From Acutalibacteraceae bacterium (GTDB taxonomy: Bacteria > Bacillota > Clostridia > Oscillospirales > Acutalibacteraceae): a stretch of 64,000 bases of DNA. Every line of letters begins with the position of its first letter. Position 1 is the stretch's first letter. Below the pieces are notes generated by a model. The model was not told the origin of the DNA. It did no database searches and was given only the letters and a program-made list of their open reading frames with translations. A program made the translations under genes and the position numbers. Below, piece after piece: positions 9,570-18,969 of the stretch. The DNA lies in assembly GCA_045542715.1 (NCBI GenBank), contig JAZQLN010000013.1, positions 54,363 to 118,362 of the forward strand, read 5' to 3'.

Positions 9570-10346
9570 TTGCAGTTCAACAAGGTTGAGATTTGCGGAG
9601 TGAACACCGCCAAGCTCAAGGTTCTTAAGGAAAGCGAAAAAATGGAGCTTTTAAAGAAAGCCCGGGCAGGAGATAAAAAGGCGAGGGAAGATCTGGTTAC
9701 GGGAAATCTGAGGCTTGTTTTAAGCGTTATTCAGCGTTTTGCGAACAGAGGAGAGAATCCCGATGACCTGTTTCAGGTGGGATGCATCGGACTGATAAAA
9801 GCAATAGATAACTTTGATTTATCGCTTGATGTGCGTTTCAGCACATACGCCTGCCCGATGATTATCGGCGAGGTGCGTCGGCATCTGAGAGATAACAATC
9901 CCGTCAGAGTCAGCCGTTCGGTGAGGGATACGGCATATCACGCAATGCAGGTTCGCGAAAGACTCATAAACGAGCTTGAGCGTGACCCTACTCCCGAAGA
10001 AATAGCAAAAGAACTCGGCATAGAAAAAGAGAGCGTTGTTATTGCTCTTGACGCAATAGTTGAACCCGTTTCTCTGAACGAACCCGTCTATTCCGACGGC
10101 GGTGACACAATTTATGTCATGGATCAGATAGGTGACAGCGAAAGCGAAGAAAGCTGGCTTGATGAAATTCTTCTGAAGCAATCCATAAAGGACTTGAATC
10201 CCAGAGAAAAGAGAATTCTTCATCTGCGTTTCATGCAGGGCAAAACACAGATGGAGGTTGCAAACGAAATCGGAATATCTCAGGCTCAGGTTTCAAGGCT
10301 CGAAAAAGGAGCTATCAAAAAAATCAAAGATAATAACAGGGCATAA
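9570..10346 (+). CDS. sigG: Forespore-specific RNA polymerase sigma factor SigG
   Basis: NKVEICGVNT N-terminus, DDLFQVGCIGLIKAIDNFD, GKTQMEVANEIGISQAQVSRLEK. Start placed at TTG 9570 after RBS GGGGTGA. Confidence 0.95.
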   Translation: MQFNKVEICGVNTAKLKVLKESEKMELLKKARAGDKKAREDLVTGNLRLVLSVIQRFANRGENPDDLFQVGCIGLIKAIDNFDLSLDVRFSTYACPMIIGEVRRHLRDNNPVRVSRSVRDTAYHAMQVRERLINELERDPTPEEIAKELGIEKESVVIALDAIVEPVSLNEPVYSDGGDTIYVMDQIGDSESEESWLDEILLKQSIKDLNPREKRILHLRFMQGKTQMEVANEIGISQAQVSRLEKGAIKKIKDNNRA

Positions 10347-10349
10347 AAA

Positions 10350-10377
10350 AGAGAGTGTTGGAAATCAACACTCTCTT
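10350..10377. terminator. Terminator hairpin, copy 1 (left direct repeat)
   Basis: AGAGAGTGTTG-gaaat-CAACACTCTCT flanked by A and T runs; identical 28-mer at 10624-10651. Confidence 0.85.
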
Positions 10378-10623
10378 TTGACTGTCGATAAAGTCGCTGA
10401 AACATAAACGAAAATAAAAAGTAGGGCGGGATGACCGCATCCCGCCGATTGATTTGCATGGAACTGCTGCCCGAAGTCCCGAAAAATCAACTTATTTCGT
10501 TTATTTGACGTTTTTTCTCCCATCGACGTACCTTTGTACGCCATCGGTCGAAGAAAACGCCATTCAGCTTCCTTTCTCAACAGCCGCAGCTTGCCGAAAA
10601 ACAAGTTTTTCGGCAAGCTGAAG
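10378..10623. mobile_element. ~246-bp non-coding MITE-like insertion flanked by 28-bp direct repeats
   Basis: Perfect 28-bp DRs (10350-10377, 10624-10651). Imperfect inverted ends (TGTCGATAAAGT vs TGCCGAAAAACT). Internal hairpins at 10425-10446 (9 bp) and 10587-10620 (16 bp perfect). No transposase. Confidence 0.7.
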
Positions 10624-10651
10624 AGAGAGTGTTGGAAATCAACACTCTCTT
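10624..10651. terminator. Terminator hairpin, copy 2 (right direct repeat)
   Basis: Exact repeat of 10350-10377, directly downstream of the minus-strand small ORF. Confidence 0.8.
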
Positions 10652-10659
10652 CAACTATA

Positions 10660-10872
10660 TCAACCGTCTTTTTTCATTTCAATTATGCTTTTCACAAGTC
10701 CGAAAACCGCAACGGCAAAACAAACAAGCAGAAGTATAATCTCTTCGGGTGTGTTAAGAAGTCTGAGTGCATTGCTTACTCCGGGCTGTGAACCGCAGCA
10801 AGCCGAAAGTGTTCCGAAAACTCCGATCACACCTGCCAGAAACAAAGCAACATGAAAAATAAACTTTTTCAC
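10660..10872 (-). CDS. Small membrane protein with two hydrophobic segments (~70 aa), hypothetical
   Basis: GTG start after RBS AAAGGAG; two hydrophobic stretches; 13 bp downstream of the phosphoesterase gene. Confidence 0.6.
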   Translation of the reverse strand: MKKFIFHVALFLAGVIGVFGTLSACCGSQPGVSNALRLLNTPEEIILLLVCFAVAVFGLVKSIIEMKKDG

Positions 10873-10885
10873 AATATTCTCTCCT

Positions 10886-12256
10886 TTATTTTTCAGCCAC
10901 GTAGGTTGCATAAGCAAGGAGCTCGCCTCTGAGGAAATCACACGCTGTGAATACTATGCAATCCTCATAAACGGTAACAATCATACCCTCTGATTTTCGC
11001 ATATAATTCTCTGTTGTATCATCTGAATCAATCTTTGTTGTTCTGGGTGAAGATACGCTTGAAAGGTGAACCATCGTTGCATAGGTGCCGTTATGGTCAG
11101 TTATATTGAGCTGAGGGTTGATTTCCTGCATTTCATAAGCCCAATGCGAATGACCGTTGAAGAAAATAACATTTTCATATTCATCCATCATGCCTCTGAA
11201 ACGGATTTCATCCGGTGCACCGGGAGTGAAAACAAGGTCATAATGATGTCCTTTTTCCGTAAGAAGATTTCCTTCACCCATCATAGGCTCACCCTCTGCG
11301 TTTGCAAGGAAGGTATGGAAGAAAAGGAATACTGTTGAATCCTTATATGTTTCAAGCTGTGCTTCAAGCCAATCAAGCTGTTCATCGGTAAGAATACGGC
11401 TTGTTACAGGGTCGCCGTATGACCACTGATACTGCGAAAGGAAGATGAAGGCATCACCCTTCGTTGATTCGGGTGCATAAACAAAGTCAAGTCCGTTATC
11501 CGCAACCGATTTTACACCATCTGCCTTTGTTTCGCCGTAAACGCCTGCATTGACAAGCTCCTGCCAGTTCGCAAGAGTGTAATCATCGCTTACATCGTGG
11601 TTGCCTGTGCCTGTGTAAACGGGGAAATCGTAATTTGACGAGATTGTGTTGAATTTCTCAAAAGCATTTCTTTCACCGTCTGCCGAAAGGTCGCCCGACA
11701 TTCCTACAAGTTCAACATCGAATCCGTCAATAAAGTTAAGTGCATTGGGGAATGTGACAGTTGCATCGTCGCCTGAAAGCGAGCCGTTGTATCTGTTGAA
11801 ATGAAGGTCACTGAGTGCACCGAAAGAATAGGTCTTTGTTCCGAAATCAGCAATCTTATTGTCGGGAATTTCAATAACATCCGCAACAATGCCGTTTTTG
11901 ACCGTAAGAACGGTTTGAGCACCTTCGGGAATGGCGGTGAAGCTGATTATATCCGTGCTTCCTTCTCCGTCACTTACGTCAACCTTTGCAAACTCACTGT
12001 AATAAGCGGTTTTTCCTTTGACATCAACAGAAAGCTTTTCTCCGTTTTCATCACCCCAGAAGAGGTTGTATGTGCCGCCGATTTTCGATTCGACGGTAAC
12101 GGTGCCTGCCGCAGAGCCTGCATTTTCGTTAGCAAAAACATATTCTGTTTCAGCCGTATCCGCAAAAAACGGAACAGAGATTGAAACACCGTTGATCGCG
12201 ATAATCACAGGCATAAACAAGGCTAAAAATGATGCAACAAGTTTAGATAAGAACAT
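10886..12256 (-). CDS. Exported calcineurin-like metallophosphoesterase
   Basis: SDLH, SGDL, GNHD, FFH and GHSH motifs; N-terminal hydrophobic leader and beta-rich N-domain. Confidence 0.85.
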   Translation of the reverse strand: MFLSKLVASFLALFMPVIIAINGVSISVPFFADTAETEYVFANENAGSAAGTVTVESKIGGTYNLFWGDENGEKLSVDVKGKTAYYSEFAKVDVSDGEGSTDIISFTAIPEGAQTVLTVKNGIVADVIEIPDNKIADFGTKTYSFGALSDLHFNRYNGSLSGDDATVTFPNALNFIDGFDVELVGMSGDLSADGERNAFEKFNTISSNYDFPVYTGTGNHDVSDDYTLANWQELVNAGVYGETKADGVKSVADNGLDFVYAPESTKGDAFIFLSQYQWSYGDPVTSRILTDEQLDWLEAQLETYKDSTVFLFFHTFLANAEGEPMMGEGNLLTEKGHHYDLVFTPGAPDEIRFRGMMDEYENVIFFNGHSHWAYEMQEINPQLNITDHNGTYATMVHLSSVSSPRTTKIDSDDTTENYMRKSEGMIVTVYEDCIVFTACDFLRGELLAYATYVAEK

Positions 12257-12270
12257 AGTTTTTTCTCCTT

Positions 12271-12960
12271 TTATTTCATAAGTGCAACGGACATTGCGAG
12301 TAAAATCTGTGCAGGATAATAGGTTGAAAGCTCAACCGTTACCCATACATTTTTTCTTTTGACGGGAGTAAAATATAGCATACCGAGACAGGTGTCGCTG
12401 ATAAGGAACAGTATCGACCCTATAAAAGCAATTATACCCGCAGGATTTTTTGCTCCGAATGCCATAACGCCTGCAGCTGCCGCTTTGTAGAAGAGAGCAC
12501 CGTAGTAAACGGCCATAACGATTTTCAGCTTGCCGTCAATTTTCATTTTAAACACTTTCATGATAATCGCCGCAAGACCGATTCCGCATATTCCGATTAT
12601 AAGTGCAGCTGCATTAAAACCGCTTGTTTCGATGAACGCACAAAGACAGAATATATGGCTCACGAGGAAATACAGCGTTCCAAGCGGAACGAGCTGACCT
12701 TTGAAAGTAGGTGCAACTTCTTTGATGCCCAGAAGTATATCGCCGCAAAATCCGAACAGCAGTGCAAAGCATATCAGCACAAAATAATATGTATTGACAG
12801 GATTCATTCCGTAGCCTACAACCGCAACGGAAACGAAACCGAAGCTCGCCATAAATTTGCAGAGCATACCTTCAAACGCCTTGTTCTTACGCCGCAGTGT
12901 GATACATCCGATTGCAAACGCAACGGTTAAAATTGCCAGCATAACACAAATTGGTGACAT
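12271..12960 (-). CDS. YhhN/TMEM86 (lysoplasmalogenase-like) membrane protein
   Basis: Polytopic; K..AS, GDILL, FLVSHIF and FLISD motifs. ATG 12960 follows RBS GGAGG. Confidence 0.72.
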   Translation of the reverse strand: MSPICVMLAILTVAFAIGCITLRRKNKAFEGMLCKFMASFGFVSVAVVGYGMNPVNTYYFVLICFALLFGFCGDILLGIKEVAPTFKGQLVPLGTLYFLVSHIFCLCAFIETSGFNAAALIIGICGIGLAAIIMKVFKMKIDGKLKIVMAVYYGALFYKAAAAGVMAFGAKNPAGIIAFIGSILFLISDTCLGMLYFTPVKRKNVWVTVELSTYYPAQILLAMSVALMK

Positions 12961-12984
12961 AATTTTACCTCCCTTATTCAATTT

Positions 12985-13719
12985 TTATTTTTCGGATATT
13001 GCCCACCTTCCCGCAGGTTCAAATCCGATTTTTCCGTAGAAACGGACAAGGCTGTCATTTCTGCAGAAAAGATAAATTTCCTTGTTGTTTTTTTCTTCCG
13101 CAAGAGTGCCGACAAGTTTTGATGCGAGACCCTTACCTCTTGCGGATTCCCTGGTTGCGACAGCACCGAGCAAAACGCTTTTTTCACCCTCGAAAAGTGC
13201 GAATGCACAGGCGGAAATTTCACCGTTCACCTCCGCCGCCGCAAATGATGCTGTTTGTTTGTTGAGCCTTGCACAGACATCGGCAAGAAAAGCATTGTAA
13301 TCTCCAAGCTCAAAGCCGCAGGATACAAGAAGATTATATATTTCTTTTTTATCGCAGTCACGGAGAATTTCTTCCGTTTCCGCTTTTGTGCCGCCGTTAT
13401 ATCTGACGGTGAATGATGTTTTTGACGGCTCAATGCCAAGTTTTGCCATAACCTTTTCATCACAGGTAAGGCTTGAATATCCGACTGCATTTATAAAATA
13501 CGAAAGCTCTTCATAATCCGCATTTTCACAGCAGCAGACCGTCATATTGCCGTCTGTTTTCGAGATTGCTGCAACGGGTATTCCGTCATCACTCTGCACC
13601 CAGAACATCGCAAAATCATAGGTCGTTCCGTAGGTTTTCATGAGTGCGGTTATCCTTGCCGCATAGGGGTCGGCAGGCAGAAACGAAAGTTCGCTTCCGC
13701 TTTCACAGAGAGTTACCAT
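12985..13719 (-). CDS. GNAT family N-acetyltransferase (C-terminal GNAT domain)
   Basis: VAT..SARGKGLAS acetyl-CoA motif A and FYGKIGF. Confidence 0.8.
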   Translation of the reverse strand: MVTLCESGSELSFLPADPYAARITALMKTYGTTYDFAMFWVQSDDGIPVAAISKTDGNMTVCCCENADYEELSYFINAVGYSSLTCDEKVMAKLGIEPSKTSFTVRYNGGTKAETEEILRDCDKKEIYNLLVSCGFELGDYNAFLADVCARLNKQTASFAAAEVNGEISACAFALFEGEKSVLLGAVATRESARGKGLASKLVGTLAEEKNNKEIYLFCRNDSLVRFYGKIGFEPAGRWAISEK

Positions 13720-14732
13720 TTTGCAAACTCCTCTGCCATTGCCTTTATAAGTTTCAGACTTTCGTCAACATCGCTGTATTTTATAACACAGCTTGGTGAG
13801 TGCAGATAACGGCAGGGCACGGAAACGGTCAGCACCTTGACTCCGCCTCTGCTTTTATGAATTGCACCTGCATCGTTTCCTCCCGCAACCATGGTTTTGG
13901 GCTGGCAGGCAATTCCTTCCCTTTCAGCAACCTCAAATGCTTTATCGTAAACTTCTCTGTCATAGATTGTGCGTCTGTCCATAAAGGAAACCGTGCCGCC
14001 TTTTCCGCAGATGCACACTCTTTTTTCGTCTTTGACACCCGAAATATCCGCCGCCGTTGTTGTTTCAACAACAATTGCATAATCGGGGTTTATCGTGAAT
14101 GCCGAGGTCTGAGCACCTCTTGTGCCGATTTCTTCCTGAACGCTGAACGAAAACCATGCGTCATATTCAAGCTCGCTTCTGATAAGCTCGATAAGAATTG
14201 CACATCCTGCTCTGTCATCAAGAGCTTTTGCCTTGACAAATCCGTTACCGAATTCAACAAAATCGCTTGCAAACCATGCGGCATCGCCGGGTCTTACATA
14301 TTCTTCAGCTTCAGCCTTATCCTTTGCACCGATATCGATATACAAATCTTCAGCCTTGGGAATATCCGCCTCCGCACTCTTCTCAACAAGATGAACGGGC
14401 TTTATTCCTATAACTCCGTTAACGGCTTTGTCTCCGACCTTGACAGGTCTGCCGAGCATAACACGGCTGTCAATTCCGCCGACCTTGGCAAATTTAAGAT
14501 AACCCTCGGATGTTATTGCGGTCACAATAAGACCGACTTCATCCATATGAGCATCAAGCATAACCTTGTTTTTGGCAGGATTCTTACCCTTTTTGAAAAC
14601 AATAAGATTGCCGAGAGGGTCAATGCTGTATTCGGCATAGTCCCTGATTTTTTCGATTATATAATCACGAACGGCGTTTTCTCTGCCCGAAATACCTGAT
14701 AAATCGCAGAGTTCTTTAATCATTTCAAGCAT
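13713..14732 (-). CDS. M42 family aminopeptidase (TET-like)
   Basis: AHMDEVG, GGID, KALDDRAG, QEEIGTRGA, RYLHS. Confidence 0.9.
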   Translation of the reverse strand: MLEMIKELCDLSGISGRENAVRDYIIEKIRDYAEYSIDPLGNLIVFKKGKNPAKNKVMLDAHMDEVGLIVTAITSEGYLKFAKVGGIDSRVMLGRPVKVGDKAVNGVIGIKPVHLVEKSAEADIPKAEDLYIDIGAKDKAEAEEYVRPGDAAWFASDFVEFGNGFVKAKALDDRAGCAILIELIRSELEYDAWFSFSVQEEIGTRGAQTSAFTINPDYAIVVETTTAADISGVKDEKRVCICGKGGTVSFMDRRTIYDREVYDKAFEVAEREGIACQPKTMVAGGNDAGAIHKSRGGVKVLTVSVPCRYLHSPSCVIKYSDVDESLKLIKAMAEEFAKW

Positions 14733-15762
14733 TCAGACCGCCCCTTTCCGTGATATATTCAGCAATAAGCTTTGCCGTGTTTTCAATATCCGCAAGATCG
14801 CAGACCTCAATTGCAGTGTGCATATTGCGAAGAGGGATTGAAAGCAAAGCGGTTTTTACTCCCCTGCCCGAAATCTGGATTTCATCGCAGTTGGTGCCTG
14901 TTTTACCGCCCATAACTTCGGTCTGACAGGGGATATTCTTGTTTTCCGCAATCTCGGAAAGCTTCCTGCTCATTGCATAATCAAGTGAAGGTGCATAGCC
15001 GATCATTGTTCCCTCGCCGAGCTTTGCATACTTTTCGCCGCTTACACCCGGTGCCGTTGCAAAACTTACGTCAACGGCAATCGCTTCGTCTGCCGATGCC
15101 GTAAATGCACCCGTCTGAGCACCGCTTCCGCCGGTTTCTTCCTGAACGGAAAACATAACGCTGATTTTGCAGTCAGGCTTTTTATCTTTGATCAATTCAA
15201 GGCATCTGAGAATTGCCGCAACACCTGCTCTGTCATCGATTGAGGGCGATGCAACACGGCTGCCGAGAAGCTCGGAATAAGCTCCGTTGAACGTTATTCT
15301 GTCACCCGGCGAAACAATCTTTTCCGCTTCTTCCTTTGTCATACCTATATCAACGGCAATATCGTCAAACCCTTTGGCTTTATTGGTATCTTCGGGGTTT
15401 GAAAGATGAGGAGGGGTTGAGGTGATAACGCCGAAAACATCCTCTTTTCCGTGAACGGTAACCTCTGCCGCCGCAAGCACGCGGATATCCGCACCGCCGC
15501 ACTTTGCAACCTTCAGAAATCCGGTTTCATCAATCGCCGTAACAATAAGACCTATCTGGTCAAGATGAGCGTCAAGCATGATATGAGTTCCGCCGTCACC
15601 CGTTGTGCCCGTCACGCTGCCGAGTGTGTCAATCTTCACGGGCATATATTTTTCAAGCAGCTTTGCCGCTGTTTTTGCAGCTGATCTCTCCGCACCCGAA
15701 ACACCTTTTGCGGCACAGAGTTCTCTGAGCAAAGCCGATACTTCGCTGTATTTATTCATCAT
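14725..15762 (-). CDS. M42 family aminopeptidase (second paralog)
   Basis: AHLDQIG, IDDRAGV, QEETGG, AVDV, RNMHT. Confidence 0.88.
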   Translation of the reverse strand: MMNKYSEVSALLRELCAAKGVSGAERSAAKTAAKLLEKYMPVKIDTLGSVTGTTGDGGTHIMLDAHLDQIGLIVTAIDETGFLKVAKCGGADIRVLAAAEVTVHGKEDVFGVITSTPPHLSNPEDTNKAKGFDDIAVDIGMTKEEAEKIVSPGDRITFNGAYSELLGSRVASPSIDDRAGVAAILRCLELIKDKKPDCKISVMFSVQEETGGSGAQTGAFTASADEAIAVDVSFATAPGVSGEKYAKLGEGTMIGYAPSLDYAMSRKLSEIAENKNIPCQTEVMGGKTGTNCDEIQISGRGVKTALLSIPLRNMHTAIEVCDLADIENTAKLIAEYITERGGLNA

Positions 15763-15782
15763 TTATCACTTCCAAACAAATC

Positions 15783-15808
15783 AAGGTTGACCCCGAAGAG
15801 CCAACCTT
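15783..15808 (-). terminator. UUCG-capped hairpin after galK (terminator or mRNA-stabilising stem)
   Basis: Minus strand AAGGTTGGCTC-TTCG-GGGTCAACCTT followed by a T-rich run. Confidence 0.6.
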
Positions 15809-15813
15809 ACTTT

Positions 15814-17094
15814 TTACAGTACCTTTACGCCGCCTTCGGGACGGATATTAAGGACATAGCAGGATTTTTCGCCGAACACCGCACAGATTTTCTCTTTGAA
15901 CTCATCAAGAACATCCATGGGAACAAAAGCCTGGATTGTTCCCGCAAAACCGCCTCCGTGAACACGCCATGCACCCTTGCCGCCGAGAACATTCTGACAG
16001 ATTGCAAGTGCAACGCTCACAGGCTGATCAGCAGGAGCTTTGCAGGTATAAACATTCTGATTATACATATATGACGAGAATCCGCTTTCGATTATAAGGC
16101 TCTTGAATGCTTCGAAGTTGCCGTTGCCGAGTGCATCCGCCTGCTTGTCGACACGGATGTTTTCGTTATAGAAATGCATTGCACGGAGAACTGCTCTGTC
16201 TCCTGCCGAATCGCGGATAACGGAAATATTCTTTTCGAATTCAGCCTTATCAACATCACGGAGAACCGCTTTTCCGAACTTAGCCGCAACAGCCTCCATT
16301 TCGCCTCTTACAGCCGCATATTCATCTGTGAGGTCTGCATGGTTTCCGCCTGTGTCAACAATGCAGAGAGCGTGATTGCAGGATGCAAAATCAAAATCGA
16401 CCTTATTGATAACGGGAACGGAGGGGTCTTTGAAATCAATCTGAACAAAGCCGCCTACGGAACAAGCCATCTGGTCCATGAGACCGCAGGGCTTGCCGAA
16501 ATATTCGTTTTCCGCAAACTGAGCTATCTGAGCAATTTCAACGGCACTGATTTTGCCGTCATTATAAAGATGGTTGAGAATTGTACCGATAAGAACTTCA
16601 AATGCAGCCGATGATGAAAGACCCGAACCCGAAAGAACATCGGAAACGGTTGCCGCATCAAAGCCGCCGATTGCATATCCCCTGTTTTTGAAAGCCGCAC
16701 AAACACCTCTGATAAGTGCTTCGGATTTGCCTCTCTCTGAGGGCATCACGCCGAGATTATTGAGTTCAACCGCATCAATTTTATAGCCCTCGGATTTCAC
16801 TCTTACGATACCGTCATCATTTTTTGAAACAACTGCAACCGCATCAAGATTAACGCTTGCCGCAAGAACCTTGCCGTGGTTATGGTCGGTATGGTTGCCG
16901 CCTACCTCGGTTCTGCCGGGTGCGGAGTAGATTTCGATATCCCTGTCTGCACCGAAAAGAGCTTCAAATCTCGAAACGAGCTGAATGTATCTTTCTTTCT
17001 GGAAACCGATATCTTCCTTTTTATAGATTCTCGCAAGAGCAGAGTCATATTCCGCACCTGCAAGCTTTTCTTTCAAAAGATTGGTTTTAATCAT
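15814..17094 (-). CDS. galK: Galactokinase
   Basis: GRTEVGGNHTDH signature, GSGLSSSAA, CGLMDQ, GGGFAG. Confidence 0.85.
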   Translation of the reverse strand: MIKTNLLKEKLAGAEYDSALARIYKKEDIGFQKERYIQLVSRFEALFGADRDIEIYSAPGRTEVGGNHTDHNHGKVLAASVNLDAVAVVSKNDDGIVRVKSEGYKIDAVELNNLGVMPSERGKSEALIRGVCAAFKNRGYAIGGFDAATVSDVLSGSGLSSSAAFEVLIGTILNHLYNDGKISAVEIAQIAQFAENEYFGKPCGLMDQMACSVGGFVQIDFKDPSVPVINKVDFDFASCNHALCIVDTGGNHADLTDEYAAVRGEMEAVAAKFGKAVLRDVDKAEFEKNISVIRDSAGDRAVLRAMHFYNENIRVDKQADALGNGNFEAFKSLIIESGFSSYMYNQNVYTCKAPADQPVSVALAICQNVLGGKGAWRVHGGGFAGTIQAFVPMDVLDEFKEKICAVFGEKSCYVLNIRPEGGVKVL

Positions 17095-17854
17095 TTTCTT
17101 TTATTCCTTTCTCTTCAAGTTTCTTTGATTTTGCATATTCAACAATTTTTTCAACCGCTGTCCAGATACCGTTTACAAACAGTACGGAAATGCCCGAAGC
17201 AAACAGCAACAGCATTATCGGAACAAGGAAGCCTGCCGATAGCGGATCATATACATTTCTGCCCACAATGGTGAAGGAAATCAGCTTCGGCAGGAACCCG
17301 ATAACGGAAAAAAGAATGAATTTTCCGTAACCGAAATCAAGCGAGCCGTAGATTCCCGAAATCCCGTTGATCGGCATGCACGGAATCAGCCTCAGAGCAA
17401 TAAGAACAAGAGAGTTGACCTTACCGTCCTGTTCGATGAGCCGTTTTATTATTTCTGCTTTCGAAATCATCTTCCATGCATTGCCTGCACCGAAACGTCT
17501 GCCCCAAAAATATCTTATTGTCAGGAGAACAACAAATCCTGCTATATTTACGGGAATTGCAAAATAAATCGGAAGAACAATGCCCGTCAGAAAACACACA
17601 GTAGATGTTGCATATATCGGAAAAACGCTTTTCACGGCAAACAAAAGCATCATTGCACCTATAAATATCCATGTGCGGTCAATATGAAGAATAAAATCTT
17701 CAAGCTGGGCAAGCTTTTGCTTTGACTGAGCATACCACCACCATAGGCTGTCATACTGCAGCGAAACCAAAAGAACCGCAACCGCTATTGAAAGAGCAAT
17801 AAGAATCAGTCCGCCGAAAAGCAGATATTTTTTTCGTTTCTGCTTTGTTTTCAA
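17087..17854 (-). CDS. VTT/TVP38 (DedA superfamily) membrane protein
   Basis: Polytopic; RYFWGR and LRLIPCMP (DedA-type R..P..P motif). Confidence 0.75.
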   Translation of the reverse strand: MKTKQKRKKYLLFGGLILIALSIAVAVLLVSLQYDSLWWWYAQSKQKLAQLEDFILHIDRTWIFIGAMMLLFAVKSVFPIYATSTVCFLTGIVLPIYFAIPVNIAGFVVLLTIRYFWGRRFGAGNAWKMISKAEIIKRLIEQDGKVNSLVLIALRLIPCMPINGISGIYGSLDFGYGKFILFSVIGFLPKLISFTIVGRNVYDPLSAGFLVPIMLLLFASGISVLFVNGIWTAVEKIVEYAKSKKLEEKGIKEND

Positions 17855-18007
17855 TTCATCACCGCGATTCAGAGTACACTTTTCTTTATAAGTATATTCT
17901 ATAATATTATTACCTTTGGGTCAATAAGAAAACAAAATATTTTGGTGTTTTATTTTACAGATATTTGTGATATAATATGTTCATAAAACCGAAAGGATTG
18001 ATTTCCC

Positions 18008-18955
18008 GTGAAAATAGTTGTTCTTGACGGATACACAACAAACCCCGGCGACCTCTCATGGGATTGGCTCAAAGAATGCGGTGAATGCACCGTTCACGAC
18101 CGCACTCCCGCAGAGCTTATCGCAGAACGTACAGAGGATTGTGAAATCGTTATTACCAACAAAACTCCCCTTCGCAGAGAGCTTCTTGAGACTCTGCCGA
18201 AGCTCAGATATATCGGTCTGCTCAGCACAGGCTACAATATCGTTGACTGGGAATACTGCAAAGAAAAAGGCATTCCCGTGTGCAATATCCCGTCTTACAG
18301 CACATCTGCCGTTGCACAGCTTGTTTTTGCTCTTATTCTTGAACACACAAATTCGGTTGCAGTCCACAGCAACTCCGTGCATTCGGGCGAATGGGCACGA
18401 AGCAAGGATTTCTGTTATTGGGAAACTCCTCTCACAGAGCTTGACGGCAAAACCATGGGCATCATCGGTTTCGGAAAAATCGGTAAAGCCGTTGCAAAAA
18501 TTGCATCCGCATTCGGAATGAAAGTTATCGCTTCAACCAATCATCCCTCACCGTATGAAAACGTTGAATTCTGTGATAAGGATGAACTGCTTGCAAAAAG
18601 CGATTTCGTTTCTCTTCACTGTCCCCTCACTCCTCTGACCGAAGGAATGGTAAACGCAGAGTTTCTTTCAAAAATGAAGCACTCCGCATTTCTTATCAAT
18701 ACATCAAGAGGTCAGGTTGTTGACGAAAACTCTCTTGCCGATGCACTGAAAAACGGTATCATCGCAGGTGCGGGTCTTGATGTCATGACCGTTGAACCTC
18801 CGGAAGCGGACAATCCGCTTTTCAGCCTTTCGAACTGCCATATAACCCCTCATATCGCATGGGCAGGCTTTGAAACAAGAGAAAGACTGATGAGGATTGC
18901 AAAAGAAAACGTTCTTGCTTTTCTTGACGGCAACCCCAAAAATATTGTTTATTAA
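18008..18955 (+). CDS. D-2-hydroxyacid dehydrogenase (glycerate dehydrogenase-like)
   Basis: STGYN, GIIGFGKIG, SLHCPL, INTSRG, GLDV, ITPHIAW. Confidence 0.9.
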   Translation: MKIVVLDGYTTNPGDLSWDWLKECGECTVHDRTPAELIAERTEDCEIVITNKTPLRRELLETLPKLRYIGLLSTGYNIVDWEYCKEKGIPVCNIPSYSTSAVAQLVFALILEHTNSVAVHSNSVHSGEWARSKDFCYWETPLTELDGKTMGIIGFGKIGKAVAKIASAFGMKVIASTNHPSPYENVEFCDKDELLAKSDFVSLHCPLTPLTEGMVNAEFLSKMKHSAFLINTSRGQVVDENSLADALKNGIIAGAGLDVMTVEPPEADNPLFSLSNCHITPHIAWAGFETRERLMRIAKENVLAFLDGNPKNIVY

Positions 18956-18969
18956 GAAGGTCGTTTAAT

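Noticed and set aside
10350-10651. Minimal CRISPR array (two 28-bp palindromic repeats)
   Set aside because: Only two copies, a 246-bp spacer, no cas genes, and the repeat is a terminator.
10365-10791. ORFs 10365-10616 (-) and 10534-10791 (+)
   Set aside because: No RBS; they run through hairpins and terminators of the MITE-like element or antisense to a real gene.
13016-13026. GGTTCAAATCC tRNA T-loop-like motif
   Set aside because: It lies antisense within the GNAT C-terminal codons, and no acceptor or anticodon stems can be built.
13800-14699. Long antisense ORFs (13800-14699, 33061-33750, 54129-54818, 56413-57135, 59665-60510 and others)
   Set aside because: Shadows of well-supported opposite-strand genes, with no motifs or RBS.
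13713-15762. Tandem M42 genes as cellulases or a novel system
   Set aside because: Metal ligands match TET aminopeptidases, and tandem M42 paralogs are common in Clostridia.
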